Source: a virus (taxonomy: Duplodnaviria; Caudoviricetes). From it: 56,621 nt of DNA. The stretch is from the IMG/VR virus record IMGVR_UViG_3300030451_004511, positions 1-56,621 of that record; one strand, given 5' to 3'. Below the pieces are notes generated by a model that made no database searches, was not told the DNA's origin, and was given only the letters and a program-made list of their open reading frames with translations. The position numbers were made by a program, and so were the translations under genes. Shown here piece by piece: positions 27,452 to 36,228 of this stretch. Position 1 is the stretch's first letter; each line of letters starts with the position of its first letter.

Positions 27452-27525
27452 GTCTACACGAGTTAGATTAGTAGAAACCGGCTGACTTGTGTTCGTGTAG
27501 ACGCAATCCTGTGCGCAAGTCAGCC
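27452..27525 (+). ncRNA. Predicted H-type pseudoknot in an intergenic leader
   Basis: Perfect 10-bp stems 27452-61/27493-502 and 27480-89/27516-25, interleaved. Confidence 0.6.
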
Positions 27526-27532
27526 ACCTATT

Positions 27533-27548
27533 CACACAAGGAGGTGTG
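27533..27548 (+). promoter_or_regulatory. SD hairpin with GGA hexaloop (CsrA-type site)
   Basis: CACAC-AAGGAG-GTGTG; related sites at 26650, 28090 and 28295. Confidence 0.6.
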
Positions 27549-27550
27549 TT

Positions 27551-27838
27551 ATGAAAAAAGGTCATTTATTGGATAGCACTACAAAATATCTAACTGAAGA
27601 TGAAATAGAGCTAAACAAACAACATTCTTTAAAAGAGAACAGACATAGCACTGCCATTGCTCTAACTTACGCAGATAAGGAAAGACTAAAACGGGTAGCA
27701 AAAGCTTTAGGTCTTAAATCACCAGCTGAAGCTATTAGGTACTTAACTTCTATGTTTATACCTGTTATCGAGGCTTGTTATGAAAATCAAACAGCTGACA
27801 TCATAAAACAAATGCAAAATACTTTGGTGAACAAATGA
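27551..27838 (+). CDS. Putative ribbon-helix-helix-type DNA-binding protein
   Basis: TAIALTYADKERLKRVAKALGLKSPAEAIRYL strand-helix-helix pattern. Confidence 0.5.
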   Translation: MKKGHLLDSTTKYLTEDEIELNKQHSLKENRHSTAIALTYADKERLKRVAKALGLKSPAEAIRYLTSMFIPVIEACYENQTADIIKQMQNTLVNK

Positions 27839-28011
27839 AAGTATTTGTTGTAATTACTATGTGGAAAGGTTTAATTGATGAAGTTGAAGTCTTTAAAACT
27901 GAACCCACTAACCTTAAACCAGTAGACGAACATGCAGACAATGGTCAGCTATGTTACGAACTACAGATTAAAGAGAAGGAGGAACGCAAGAGGCAGAAAG
28001 CTAGACTCTAG
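27835..28011 (+). CDS. Hypothetical protein (58 aa, not in the ORF track)
   Basis: MKVFVVITMWKG...; ATGA overlap. Confidence 0.5.
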   Translation: MKVFVVITMWKGLIDEVEVFKTEPTNLKPVDEHADNGQLCYELQIKEKEERKRQKARL

Positions 28012-28107
28012 TTGTAGGTGAAATCGCAACGTAAAAAAAGGAAGGCCTGTCTAGCCTTGTGTTTCTCTTTCTCTTTAATTTAGTAAATTCACACAAGGAG
28101 GTGTGCT

Positions 28108-28293
28108 ATGGAAAACCAAGATATTAAACCAAAAAGCAATCGCAACGATTATAAACCTGTTCTTTTGCCCAAAGAGTTTCATGCAGAACTAAAAGAATAT
28201 TGTGCAAAACACAGCTTGCCGATGAACCACTTTATCGTAGCAGCATGCCGTAGGCATTTTAAATATCTAGCTGATTTACTGGATATGCAATAA
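28108..28293 (+). CDS. Putative ribbon-helix-helix (Arc-like) DNA-binding protein
   Basis: KPVLLPKEFHAELKEYCAKHSLPMNHFIVAAC. Confidence 0.55.
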   Translation: MENQDIKPKSNRNDYKPVLLPKEFHAELKEYCAKHSLPMNHFIVAACRRHFKYLADLLDMQ

Positions 28294-28313
28294 ACACACG
28301 AGGAGGTGTGCAC

Positions 28314-28655
28314 GTGAAAGATCTTTATCAACTTCACATCCAAATTTCTGTGCAAGATTACGAATGCGAACGTAAACGTGAGCTCGATGTCTTGCCTGAC
28401 TACACTACCTATTGCCTGGGTTTCACCGACAATACCGGTATAACGGATACGTTAGACAAACTTAGCGACCAAGTTAAGCATCTTTGTGAAGTCTATCGAA
28501 CTACATCCGAACTTCCCGCAGACACACCGCTGCACGTTGGCCTTTGGTTTACAACCCCTGCCAACAAAGACGACGTAACATTTGAACCATGGAACAAAGA
28601 ACCGAATCCCAACTGGACACCAACAATTATTCAAGGAGGTAAAAGTGAAAAATAA
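28314..28655 (+). CDS. Hypothetical protein
   Basis: GTG start after GAGGAGG. Confidence 0.65.
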   Translation: MKDLYQLHIQISVQDYECERKRELDVLPDYTTYCLGFTDNTGITDTLDKLSDQVKHLCEVYRTTSELPADTPLHVGLWFTTPANKDDVTFEPWNKEPNPNWTPTIIQGGKSEK

Positions 28656-28851
28656 TTGTGTTAAATGGCGTGCAACACTTGCACACAAAGATACTGAGGA
28701 TATGCAGATAACGATTGAGTTTGATGCGCCGCAATTCTCAGATAATTGGAATTACAAATTGTTAGCCAAACTTGCTTTCATTAAGCAAATCACTATGGGC
28801 GAGCAGTTAATTGTAAATAATGTAGAACCTATTGAAACTAAGGAGGAGTAA
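28645..28851 (+). CDS. Hypothetical protein
   Basis: GTG start after AAGGAGG. Confidence 0.6.
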   Translation: MKNNCVKWRATLAHKDTEDMQITIEFDAPQFSDNWNYKLLAKLAFIKQITMGEQLIVNNVEPIETKEE

Positions 28852-28853
28852 TT

Positions 28854-29876
28854 ATGCATTCAATAAAACCTACCCATTTGATATCAGAAATCAAAGAAAA
28901 CATGAGAGCTGGTATCAACACCATGATCTGGGGCGGTCCCGGTATTGGTAAATCAGAAATCCCACAACAAGTGGCTGACAGTCTCAACATGACATTGATC
29001 GACTTTCGTGCCAACTTGTTTGACCCTGTGGACGTACGTGGCGTGCCCCACATCCAAGCTGTAAAAGAAACAGGCGAACGTTTCACGCGTTGGGCTGTGC
29101 CTGATATTTTCCCAATCGAACAACGTGACGGTGAAACCGGTATCTTGTTCATTGACGAATTACCTACAGCACCACCTGCTACACAAAATGCATTCTTGCA
29201 ATTGTTGTTGACTCGACAGATCGGTGACTATGTCTTGCCAAAAGGTTGGTCAGTCATTGCTGCCGGTAATCGTCTTACCGATGCTGCGGCTGTGTATCAA
29301 ATGCCATCACCGGTAAGAAATCGTCTTGCTCACTACGAACTCGAAGCTAACCTAGATGACTGGGTATCGTGGGCGTACAACAACAATATCAACTCAGATC
29401 TTATTGGCTTCATTCAATACAGACCCGGTTTGTTGTACAACTTCAGTGCAGATGATTATGCGTTTCCTACACCCAGAAGCTGGTCGTTTGTAAGTAACAA
29501 ACTAAAATATCAACCGGAGGACGTCGACCATGATTCGTGTTTCTTTGGTGTCTCATCTCTAGTCGGCGACGGACCGGCTGGTGAATTTATTGCGTACAAG
29601 GAGATTGCGGATAAGCTGCCGGATATCGACAAACTCCTCGAAGATCCTTCCAAATACAAGAAGGACGATAACCCGGCTATCCTGTATGCATTATCCAGCG
29701 CCGTCGCAACTAGGGCTAAGCCAGAGTTGATGAAAAACATCATGAAGCTCAATGACAAATTGCCAGTTGAGTTTCAGGTTATCTTGATCAAGGGCTGTTT
29801 GGCTATTGATCCAAATCTTAAATCCGACCCATCCATGCGTAAGTGGATTGTCGACAATGCTAACGTCATTCTATAG
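28854..29876 (+). CDS. AAA+ ATPase (MoxR/dynein-related type)
   Basis: Walker A GGPGIGKS, Walker B ILFIDE, sensor AAGNR, PTPRSW. Confidence 0.9.
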   Translation: MHSIKPTHLISEIKENMRAGINTMIWGGPGIGKSEIPQQVADSLNMTLIDFRANLFDPVDVRGVPHIQAVKETGERFTRWAVPDIFPIEQRDGETGILFIDELPTAPPATQNAFLQLLLTRQIGDYVLPKGWSVIAAGNRLTDAAAVYQMPSPVRNRLAHYELEANLDDWVSWAYNNNINSDLIGFIQYRPGLLYNFSADDYAFPTPRSWSFVSNKLKYQPEDVDHDSCFFGVSSLVGDGPAGEFIAYKEIADKLPDIDKLLEDPSKYKKDDNPAILYALSSAVATRAKPELMKNIMKLNDKLPVEFQVILIKGCLAIDPNLKSDPSMRKWIVDNANVIL

Positions 29877-29885
29877 GAGGTATAT

Positions 29886-30536
29886 ATGGCTACAGTAAGA
29901 ATGTCACAACGATTGACATCAGAAATTCGTAACGCTGCAAAGAAAAAGTTTGCAACCGTACATCCAACCATCGATCATATTTACATTGATGATTGGTTCA
30001 AAGAAAACATCTACAACAAAATTGATAAATACAAAGATATGACCAATGAATTGTTTGGCTCTGATGTTTTCAACTACGACCGAATGAGTTCACTTGACAC
30101 AGTGTATATCTATTCTACGTACACCGATGAAGAAGGTGACGAACGTAAAGTTAATCAACAGTGTGAATTTGAACAAGGTCAGTTCGAAGTTCCTTATCAA
30201 CTTGCAAACGGTTATTCATCTATGAGTTTGTATTTGCCTACTGAAAATTCTGTTGTGCAAAAAATTATTAAAACTCAAAACCATAATCGTGCAGTAAACA
30301 GAAAAAAAGATGCTTATCTTGACAAGATTGATGAAGCGCTTAGTGAATTTACTACACTCAACCAAGCACTCAAAGCATGGCCTGCATTGAAAGACTTGGT
30401 AGAAGATGAGTACATTCAAAAAGTACACAAGAAAGTTCCTAGAGCTCAAAAGCAAAAGGAACAACGTGAATTGATTGAGTCTCAAGAACAAGAGCTCAAT
30501 GAAGTATTACTAACTGCAAACCTATTGGAGAACTAA
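29886..30536 (+). CDS. Nmad5-like hypothetical protein
   Basis: MATVRMSQRL...TTLNQALKAWP resembles the Nmad5 family (from recall; needs an HMM check). Confidence 0.45.
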   Translation: MATVRMSQRLTSEIRNAAKKKFATVHPTIDHIYIDDWFKENIYNKIDKYKDMTNELFGSDVFNYDRMSSLDTVYIYSTYTDEEGDERKVNQQCEFEQGQFEVPYQLANGYSSMSLYLPTENSVVQKIIKTQNHNRAVNRKKDAYLDKIDEALSEFTTLNQALKAWPALKDLVEDEYIQKVHKKVPRAQKQKEQRELIESQEQELNEVLLTANLLEN

Positions 30537-30538
30537 TT

Positions 30539-31147
30539 ATGTCAACTGATTTACTTTACAAGCCCGGCGATTTTGTCGGGTATCGTTTCTGTGGTGGTGT
30601 TGGCTATGCTTATCTCAATGCCTACAAATGGTACATCCCAAAGACTTACAAAAACCATAATGATGAAATTGTAAGTCCAGATCCAAAAATTGTGTATCTT
30701 GCAACTAAGTTCTATGGACTCAACAGTTCATACGGTATGTATCAAAGTTATGGTTTTAGAGAAAATGGTTGGAAAAACCAAGAAGAATACTATGCTACTC
30801 ATCCTGAATATCGTAGAGACCATTGGCCTGAAGGTAAACAACCTAACTATGAACAGCACACAAAATATTTTCTACCTGTTTGGCAAGACGATATTTGTTT
30901 TGTTGTAGATTTTGATAAAGATGAAAATGAGTACCCTACTCAAAGATACAATTATCAAACGCAAAAATGGGAAAATACTATTGCAAGTGTTCATAACAAA
31001 TTTAAATGGTTTGATAAAGAAAAGCTAATTAAAGCACTTGATGTTAAATATTCTACATTTACAGGTGACAAACAAATTGCTGCACAAGCTATAGAAAAGT
31101 TTGAAAAACGTAAAGCGCAAGTTTTATTACGTAAACTCACAGCTTAG
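30539..31147 (+). CDS. Hypothetical protein (Tyr-rich)
   Basis: 202 aa; GGAG SD. Confidence 0.7.
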   Translation: MSTDLLYKPGDFVGYRFCGGVGYAYLNAYKWYIPKTYKNHNDEIVSPDPKIVYLATKFYGLNSSYGMYQSYGFRENGWKNQEEYYATHPEYRRDHWPEGKQPNYEQHTKYFLPVWQDDICFVVDFDKDENEYPTQRYNYQTQKWENTIASVHNKFKWFDKEKLIKALDVKYSTFTGDKQIAAQAIEKFEKRKAQVLLRKLTA

Positions 31148-31155
31148 GAGGTACT

Positions 31156-32256
31156 ATGGCTGATCTATTTATGCGTGCTCGTTCACGTCTTATTCTTGAC
31201 AATCCATTCTTTGGCACCCTATGTTTGCGCCTCAAGCCCGTAGAGCGTAACGATATTGACACGGGTGCCACGGATGGTAAACATCTATTCTACAATCCAA
31301 AATGGTTTGGAAAGCTATCCGACCTAGAACGCATTGGTTTTCTTGCACACGAAGTTATGCATGTTGTATTCATGCATCACCTTCGTAGACAAGAACGGCA
31401 TGCTGAAAAATGGAATGTAGCTGCTGACTATGTCATCAATCTAATACTGACAGACAACAAGTTCATACTGCCATCGGGTGGTCTGTACGACGAACAATAC
31501 AGAGATATGACTACCGAACATGTCTACAGCATATTACCAGAACCTCCCAAGGGATTTGCTGCAGAACTATTGAAAGGTGGTTGTGGTATTGACGTCCGTG
31601 ACCATCCCGATGCTGGTACTGCAGAGTCAGCAGGTGCTATCGAATCACAACTTACGGTTGCAATCAATCAAGCAGCAGAAGCCGCACGTGCTCAAGGCAA
31701 ACTGCCTGGTAGCATGGAATCTATAATTGAAGACATTATCAAACCTAAAGTTGATTGGCGTGCAGTACTTGCAAGATTCTTACGTGCCAACACCAACTCT
31801 GACTTTAGTTGGATACGCCCTAACAGACGGTTTATCTGGCAAGGTATGTATATGCCTTCTATGTACAATCCTTGTCTAGAAGAAATTGCTATTGCAGTCG
31901 ATACATCTGGCTCAGTAAGCGATGAAGAATTGCAAATGTTCACAAGTGAGACGTCTGCTATCTTGCAGGATCTGACTCCAGAACGTGTGCATTTTATTCA
32001 ATGTGATACTCAAGTACATCAAGATGATGAATACACTCGTGAATCACTTCCACTCAAAGTTAAATACCAAGGTCGTGGCGGGACTTCATTTAGTCCTGTC
32101 ATCGATTACATTAACAAAAAACATCCGCGTGTAGCTGCGTTAGTGTATCTCACTGACTTAGGTTCAAGCGACTTTGGAGATCAACCCCCCTATCCAGTTC
32201 TCTGGGTAACAACTTGTAAAGGAGAGGCGCCTTATGGTGAAATCATCGAAATTTAA
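31156..32256 (+). CDS. Metallopeptidase-like plus VWA domain protein (DUF2201-like)
   Basis: ATDG..YNP, HEVMH (HExxH), WNVAAD, MIDAS DTSGS, GRGGTSF. Confidence 0.88.
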   Translation: MADLFMRARSRLILDNPFFGTLCLRLKPVERNDIDTGATDGKHLFYNPKWFGKLSDLERIGFLAHEVMHVVFMHHLRRQERHAEKWNVAADYVINLILTDNKFILPSGGLYDEQYRDMTTEHVYSILPEPPKGFAAELLKGGCGIDVRDHPDAGTAESAGAIESQLTVAINQAAEAARAQGKLPGSMESIIEDIIKPKVDWRAVLARFLRANTNSDFSWIRPNRRFIWQGMYMPSMYNPCLEEIAIAVDTSGSVSDEELQMFTSETSAILQDLTPERVHFIQCDTQVHQDDEYTRESLPLKVKYQGRGGTSFSPVIDYINKKHPRVAALVYLTDLGSSDFGDQPPYPVLWVTTCKGEAPYGEIIEI

Positions 32257-32419
32257 ACAGTATGCTAAAGAGTTTGGTGTATCTGTTTTATCTGGCGGTG
32301 CAGTGTTGCTTGGCTTACTTGCTATTGCAACATCTCTGCATCATTTTCTAATGTTGGTTAGTATCTCAGTTGGTCTGGGTGCAACCATATTTTTATTATG
32401 GAGGTTAACAGATGGCTAA
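32234..32419 (+). CDS. Small two-helix membrane protein
   Basis: Two hydrophobic segments; GGAGAGG SD. Confidence 0.6.
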   Translation: MVKSSKFKQYAKEFGVSVLSGGAVLLGLLAIATSLHHFLMLVSISVGLGATIFLLWRLTDG

Positions 32420-32564
32420 TGTAATTGCATCTGCAACAACAGCTCTATGGATTCTCATTGAGCTTATTCAATTTGCCTATATGGCATATCTTGCATGGAG
32501 GAGTAGACACAATGTTATGGATCGGCATTTTCAGCGCGCTAGGTCTGTTGCTGCTAGCGCTTAA
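32412..32564 (+). CDS. Small membrane protein (50 aa, not in the ORF track)
   Basis: MANVIASATTALWILIELIQFAYMAYLAW...; GGAGG SD. Confidence 0.5.
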   Translation: MANVIASATTALWILIELIQFAYMAYLAWRSRHNVMDRHFQRARSVAASA

Positions 32565-32835
32565 AGTTGGTGGACGTAAAACAATCGGCAACGATATTTT
32601 TGTTGACGTATTGATTACAGTTACCCTCATGGTTTGTTTTTACGGCACATTCAGCGGCATGGCTGCTGCTATGGTCGGTGGTCTTTTTGCTTCAATCATT
32701 TTGTTTGTGCTTAAGAAAACAATGCGTCATGAAGTATTGACCATTAAAAAACAACCTAAAAAAATATTTAATACAACCATTCATACACCTGCTATTCAAT
32801 GGCAAACAATTGAACCTAAGTGGGCAAAGAAATGA
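32512..32835 (+). CDS. Membrane protein (about 3 TM segments)
   Basis: Start MLWIGIF after GGAGGAG; GTFSGMAAAMVGG motif. Confidence 0.7.
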   Translation: MLWIGIFSALGLLLLALKVGGRKTIGNDIFVDVLITVTLMVCFYGTFSGMAAAMVGGLFASIILFVLKKTMRHEVLTIKKQPKKIFNTTIHTPAIQWQTIEPKWAKK

Positions 32836-33035
32836 AAGGTAGTGCTAAATATTTTATGCAACGTGTACATGATGCATGCCTACAACAAGGTGTGCATCTA
32901 ACGTCAAAACAATTTGACTTGCCTATTGCAGAAGTTAGACAAATAACTATGCAATACGAAGGTTGGGATGGAACTTGGACTAAGTTTCTTATTCAAAAAG
33001 ATTTAGAAACAACTTTCCGAAACCAATCAAAGTAA
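32832..33035 (+). CDS. Hypothetical protein
   Basis: ATGA overlap start MKGSAK. Confidence 0.55.
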   Translation: MKGSAKYFMQRVHDACLQQGVHLTSKQFDLPIAEVRQITMQYEGWDGTWTKFLIQKDLETTFRNQSK

Positions 33036-33049
33036 GGTAAGCTTAGCGT

Positions 33050-33238
33050 ATGTCTAAGCCACTTAAACATCAACAGGTTATGAAACTTTGTGTGATGACT
33101 GAAGAAGATGTCTTCGGTGATAAACAAACTCTAGCAGAGATGATGGAGATTGTTGCCGATGCTATCAAAGAAAAAAGGTTCTATTTTGAACTAATCAATC
33201 CACCAAAGGAACATGGGAAACAAGAAAACAGTAGCTAG
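33050..33238 (+). CDS. Hypothetical protein
   Basis: 62 aa, in the operon. Confidence 0.55.
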   Translation: MSKPLKHQQVMKLCVMTEEDVFGDKQTLAEMMEIVADAIKEKRFYFELINPPKEHGKQENSS

Positions 33239-33686
33239 AAACAAAGGTATATCCTCATCGCCTAAAAGGTTTTTGCAATATCTTTTATGGCAATCTAAAT
33301 CAAGACGCACTGCTCAAGGTTATGAATACACGTTAACCATTGATGAAGTTTTAGATATTTATAACAAACAACAAGGACTCTGTGCCATTTCAGGCGTAAA
33401 GATGACACATTTAAAAGGACAGGGACACCTCCATAAAAATATGTCAATCGACCGTATAGATAACAATAAAGGTTATACGCAAGATAATGTGCATATTGTA
33501 TGTTATTACATCAATATGATGCGACGCACTATGAATTTGGATGAGTTTAAAGATGTATGCAAAGAAATTACTACATTTACTTTACTCAAAAATTATTGTT
33601 CTATTGATGAACTAAAAGAAAAATCTATAAGTGAGTGGTGGAGAATCCAACCTGTCATAAACATGACGGTTGATGCAAAAAAATGA
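33213..33686 (+). CDS. HNH-like endonuclease
   Basis: GLCAISG...SIDRIDNNKGYTQDNV..VC..IN. Confidence 0.75.
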   Translation: MGNKKTVARNKGISSSPKRFLQYLLWQSKSRRTAQGYEYTLTIDEVLDIYNKQQGLCAISGVKMTHLKGQGHLHKNMSIDRIDNNKGYTQDNVHIVCYYINMMRRTMNLDEFKDVCKEITTFTLLKNYCSIDELKEKSISEWWRIQPVINMTVDAKK

Positions 33687-33707
33687 GCCCTGCAAGAGGG
33701 CCCATTT
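33677..33707 (-). terminator. Terminator for the isolated minus-strand gene
   Basis: GCCCT/AGGGC stem with outer AAATG/CATTT; A7 on the plus strand. Confidence 0.55.
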
Positions 33708-33719
33708 ACTAGACGTAAC

Positions 33720-34127
33720 TTAGGATACGTATACCCAAAGTTCAATTGTTCCAGTACCACCGCCAGCTGGGCCAGCTTGTACTGTGATATCAATTGTATC
33801 ATCAGATGAGTACTCATAAGGTGCAAAACCTGCGTCTGTTTTATCAACGCCACCAGCTTGTCCACTTGTAGAACCATCAACGATTCTATCAGGATCGCCG
33901 CCGTCGCCAATATCAAGAACTAAGGTTGTACCTGTATCAAGATCGTCAACTTTTAGTACGACGTCATGTACAGTTTCACCAGAGAATACGTCAACCATTT
34001 GAATAACATCACTTGTTGCAATAGCAGTAGTAGCTTCGAATTTTGCATATCTAACACCCATTTGCCCAGAAGGAAATGGTTTGAAAGATTGATTACCGTC
34101 TACTACGTCTGAAGTATAAGTTGCCAT
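33720..34127 (-). CDS. Putative capsid decoration/cement protein
   Basis: 135 aa, beta-rich and acidic; DDLDTG..LDIGD..DPDR..DG...DTIDITV...GTI pattern; AGGAG SD. Confidence 0.55.
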   Translation of the reverse strand: MATYTSDVVDGNQSFKPFPSGQMGVRYAKFEATTAIATSDVIQMVDVFSGETVHDVVLKVDDLDTGTTLVLDIGDGGDPDRIVDGSTSGQAGGVDKTDAGFAPYEYSSDDTIDITVQAGPAGGGTGTIELWVYVS

Positions 34128-34145
34128 AATGGTCTCCTATTTGTG

Positions 34146-34168
34146 TATTACATCGACATGATGTAATA
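34146..34168. promoter_or_regulatory. Inverted repeat (operator-like) between divergent genes
   Basis: TATTACATC-N5-GATGTAATA. Confidence 0.5.
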
Positions 34169-34222
34169 TCTAAAAACATAAAGCATTCAGGAAGAATGTC
34201 AACAATGATTAAGGATAATTAA

Positions 34223-34432
34223 ATGTCTAAAGTTTTAGTCAAACGCAACCCTATTCATCCTTACACATACAAGAATCCTGACGACTTGCCACGCATCCAA
34301 TGGAAACTAGTTTCTAAAGGAGTTGCATACAACATGGTACACAGTAAGCAAATCGGTTGGGAGCGAGCTAAGAAAGGTGAATACGAAGATTGGCAACAAC
34401 AAATGAAACAACGAGGTTTTAAAATTTTATGA
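34223..34432 (+). CDS. Hypothetical protein
   Basis: 69 aa; AAGGA SD; overlaps the polymerase start. Confidence 0.65.
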   Translation: MSKVLVKRNPIHPYTYKNPDDLPRIQWKLVSKGVAYNMVHSKQIGWERAKKGEYEDWQQQMKQRGFKIL

Positions 34433-36228
34433 ACAAAATCTATCTTGACTTTGAAACTTACTACGATACAGAAGTATCACTCTCAAAAATTACAACGCTA
34501 CAATACGTGCATCATCCAGACTTCAAAATCTGGGGTGTCGGTGTAAAGCTTAATGATGAACCTACCGAATGGTATGGTGAAGATGATTATCTTGATGCAT
34601 TACAACAGATCCCCTGGGAAGACTGTGCAGTTATTTGCCACAACACTTTGTTTGATGCATACATTTTGACACAGCATCTAGGATTATATCCTGCATACTA
34701 TTACGATACAGCTGCCATGGCCCGGGGTTTGTATCCAAACCAATCAGCTGCATTGAAAGCAGTAGCTGAACGTGTGTTTCCTAACGATGAAACCATGCGT
34801 AAAGGAGAGGAACTAGTCAATGCAAAAGGTATTCGCGACTTGCCTCCTGACATCGAAGAACAAATTGCTGGTTATTGTATACAAGACGTAGATCTAACTT
34901 ATGCAATCTTCAACAAGTTTATACAAGACTATCCAGCTGATGAGCTCGATGTAATCGATCTGACCTGCCGCATGTATGTAGAACCAAAACTGACCTTGAA
35001 CCGTGAACTTTTGCTCAAGCACCTTGAAGATACTAAAGTTAGAACAGCACAACTTATTGAAGACTCAGGAGTAACACGCGAAGTTCTTGCATCTCAAAAA
35101 AAGTTTGCTGAACATCTAGAAAGCCTGGACATTGTTGTACCAACTAAAAAGAGCCCCAATACAGGTAAACAAATACCCGCATTTAGTAAAACAGATTCGG
35201 CGTATATACAAATGCAAAATGTTTATCCTGAATACAAACATCTTTGGGATGCCAGAGAAGCTGTAAAGTCACGCTTAGAAGAAACACGCGCACAAAGGTT
35301 TCTAGAAAACATTAACCCAGACGGAACATTTCCTGTGCCGCTTAGGTATTATGCCGCACACACAGGACGATTCGGTGGTACAGAAAGTCTTAACTTACAA
35401 AACCTGCCCCGGGGATCTGTGTTACGTAAAGCACTTACAGCTCCTGAAGGCCAACGTTTGTTTGTTGCTGACTTATCAAACATCGAAGCCCGCATGCTTG
35501 CATGGCTTGCTAATCAACAAGATTTACTTGACGCCTTTGCAGCAGGACGTGATGTATACAGCGAGTTTGCATCACAAATTTACGGCAGACCTGTAACTAA
35601 AGCTGACAAACTAGAACGTTATGTTGGTAAGACAGCTATCTTAGGCCTAGGTTATGGTATGGGACATGAAAAATTTAGATACACACTCAAGACAGGTTCT
35701 CCTTCAGTCGATGTAAGTTTGATGACTGCGCTTAGTGTTGTTACTCAATATCGTGCAATGTATCCAAACATACCAAGGCTTTGGGCTGCATTTAAAGAAC
35801 ATCTTTACACTATGGCTGCAGGCGGAAACAACACAGGTTTACCTTATGGACCTCTCATTGTTCGTGGTAAAGCTATAGAACTACCCAACAAAATGCGTTT
35901 ACAGTATCCAGAACTTTCGTTCTTGTCAGGTGAATTTACTTACAACTCAGGTAAAAATACTACAAGAACCTACGGAGCTCGTATGGTAGAGAATGTAGTA
36001 CAAGCACTCGCCCGGGCCGTAATTGTAGAACAAATGCTAGCGGTAAACAAAATGCCAGAAGTATCAGTTGTATTACAGGTACATGATGAGATTATATCTA
36101 TTGGCTCAAATGTTAATGCAGACGAGACACTAGCTAAAATAATCGATATAATGAAGACACCTCCACTTTGGTGTTCAACATTACCACTTGACGCAGAGGG
36201 AGATCATAGCCAACAATATGACAAATGA
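34429..36228 (+). CDS. polA: DNA polymerase family A with 3'-5' exonuclease
   Basis: ExoI DFETY; HTGR; motif A DLSNIEAR; motif B RYVGKTAILGLGYG; motif C VHDE. Confidence 0.93.
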   Translation: MNKIYLDFETYYDTEVSLSKITTLQYVHHPDFKIWGVGVKLNDEPTEWYGEDDYLDALQQIPWEDCAVICHNTLFDAYILTQHLGLYPAYYYDTAAMARGLYPNQSAALKAVAERVFPNDETMRKGEELVNAKGIRDLPPDIEEQIAGYCIQDVDLTYAIFNKFIQDYPADELDVIDLTCRMYVEPKLTLNRELLLKHLEDTKVRTAQLIEDSGVTREVLASQKKFAEHLESLDIVVPTKKSPNTGKQIPAFSKTDSAYIQMQNVYPEYKHLWDAREAVKSRLEETRAQRFLENINPDGTFPVPLRYYAAHTGRFGGTESLNLQNLPRGSVLRKALTAPEGQRLFVADLSNIEARMLAWLANQQDLLDAFAAGRDVYSEFASQIYGRPVTKADKLERYVGKTAILGLGYGMGHEKFRYTLKTGSPSVDVSLMTALSVVTQYRAMYPNIPRLWAAFKEHLYTMAAGGNNTGLPYGPLIVRGKAIELPNKMRLQYPELSFLSGEFTYNSGKNTTRTYGARMVENVVQALARAVIVEQMLAVNKMPEVSVVLQVHDEIISIGSNVNADETLAKIIDIMKTPPLWCSTLPLDAEGDHSQQYDK

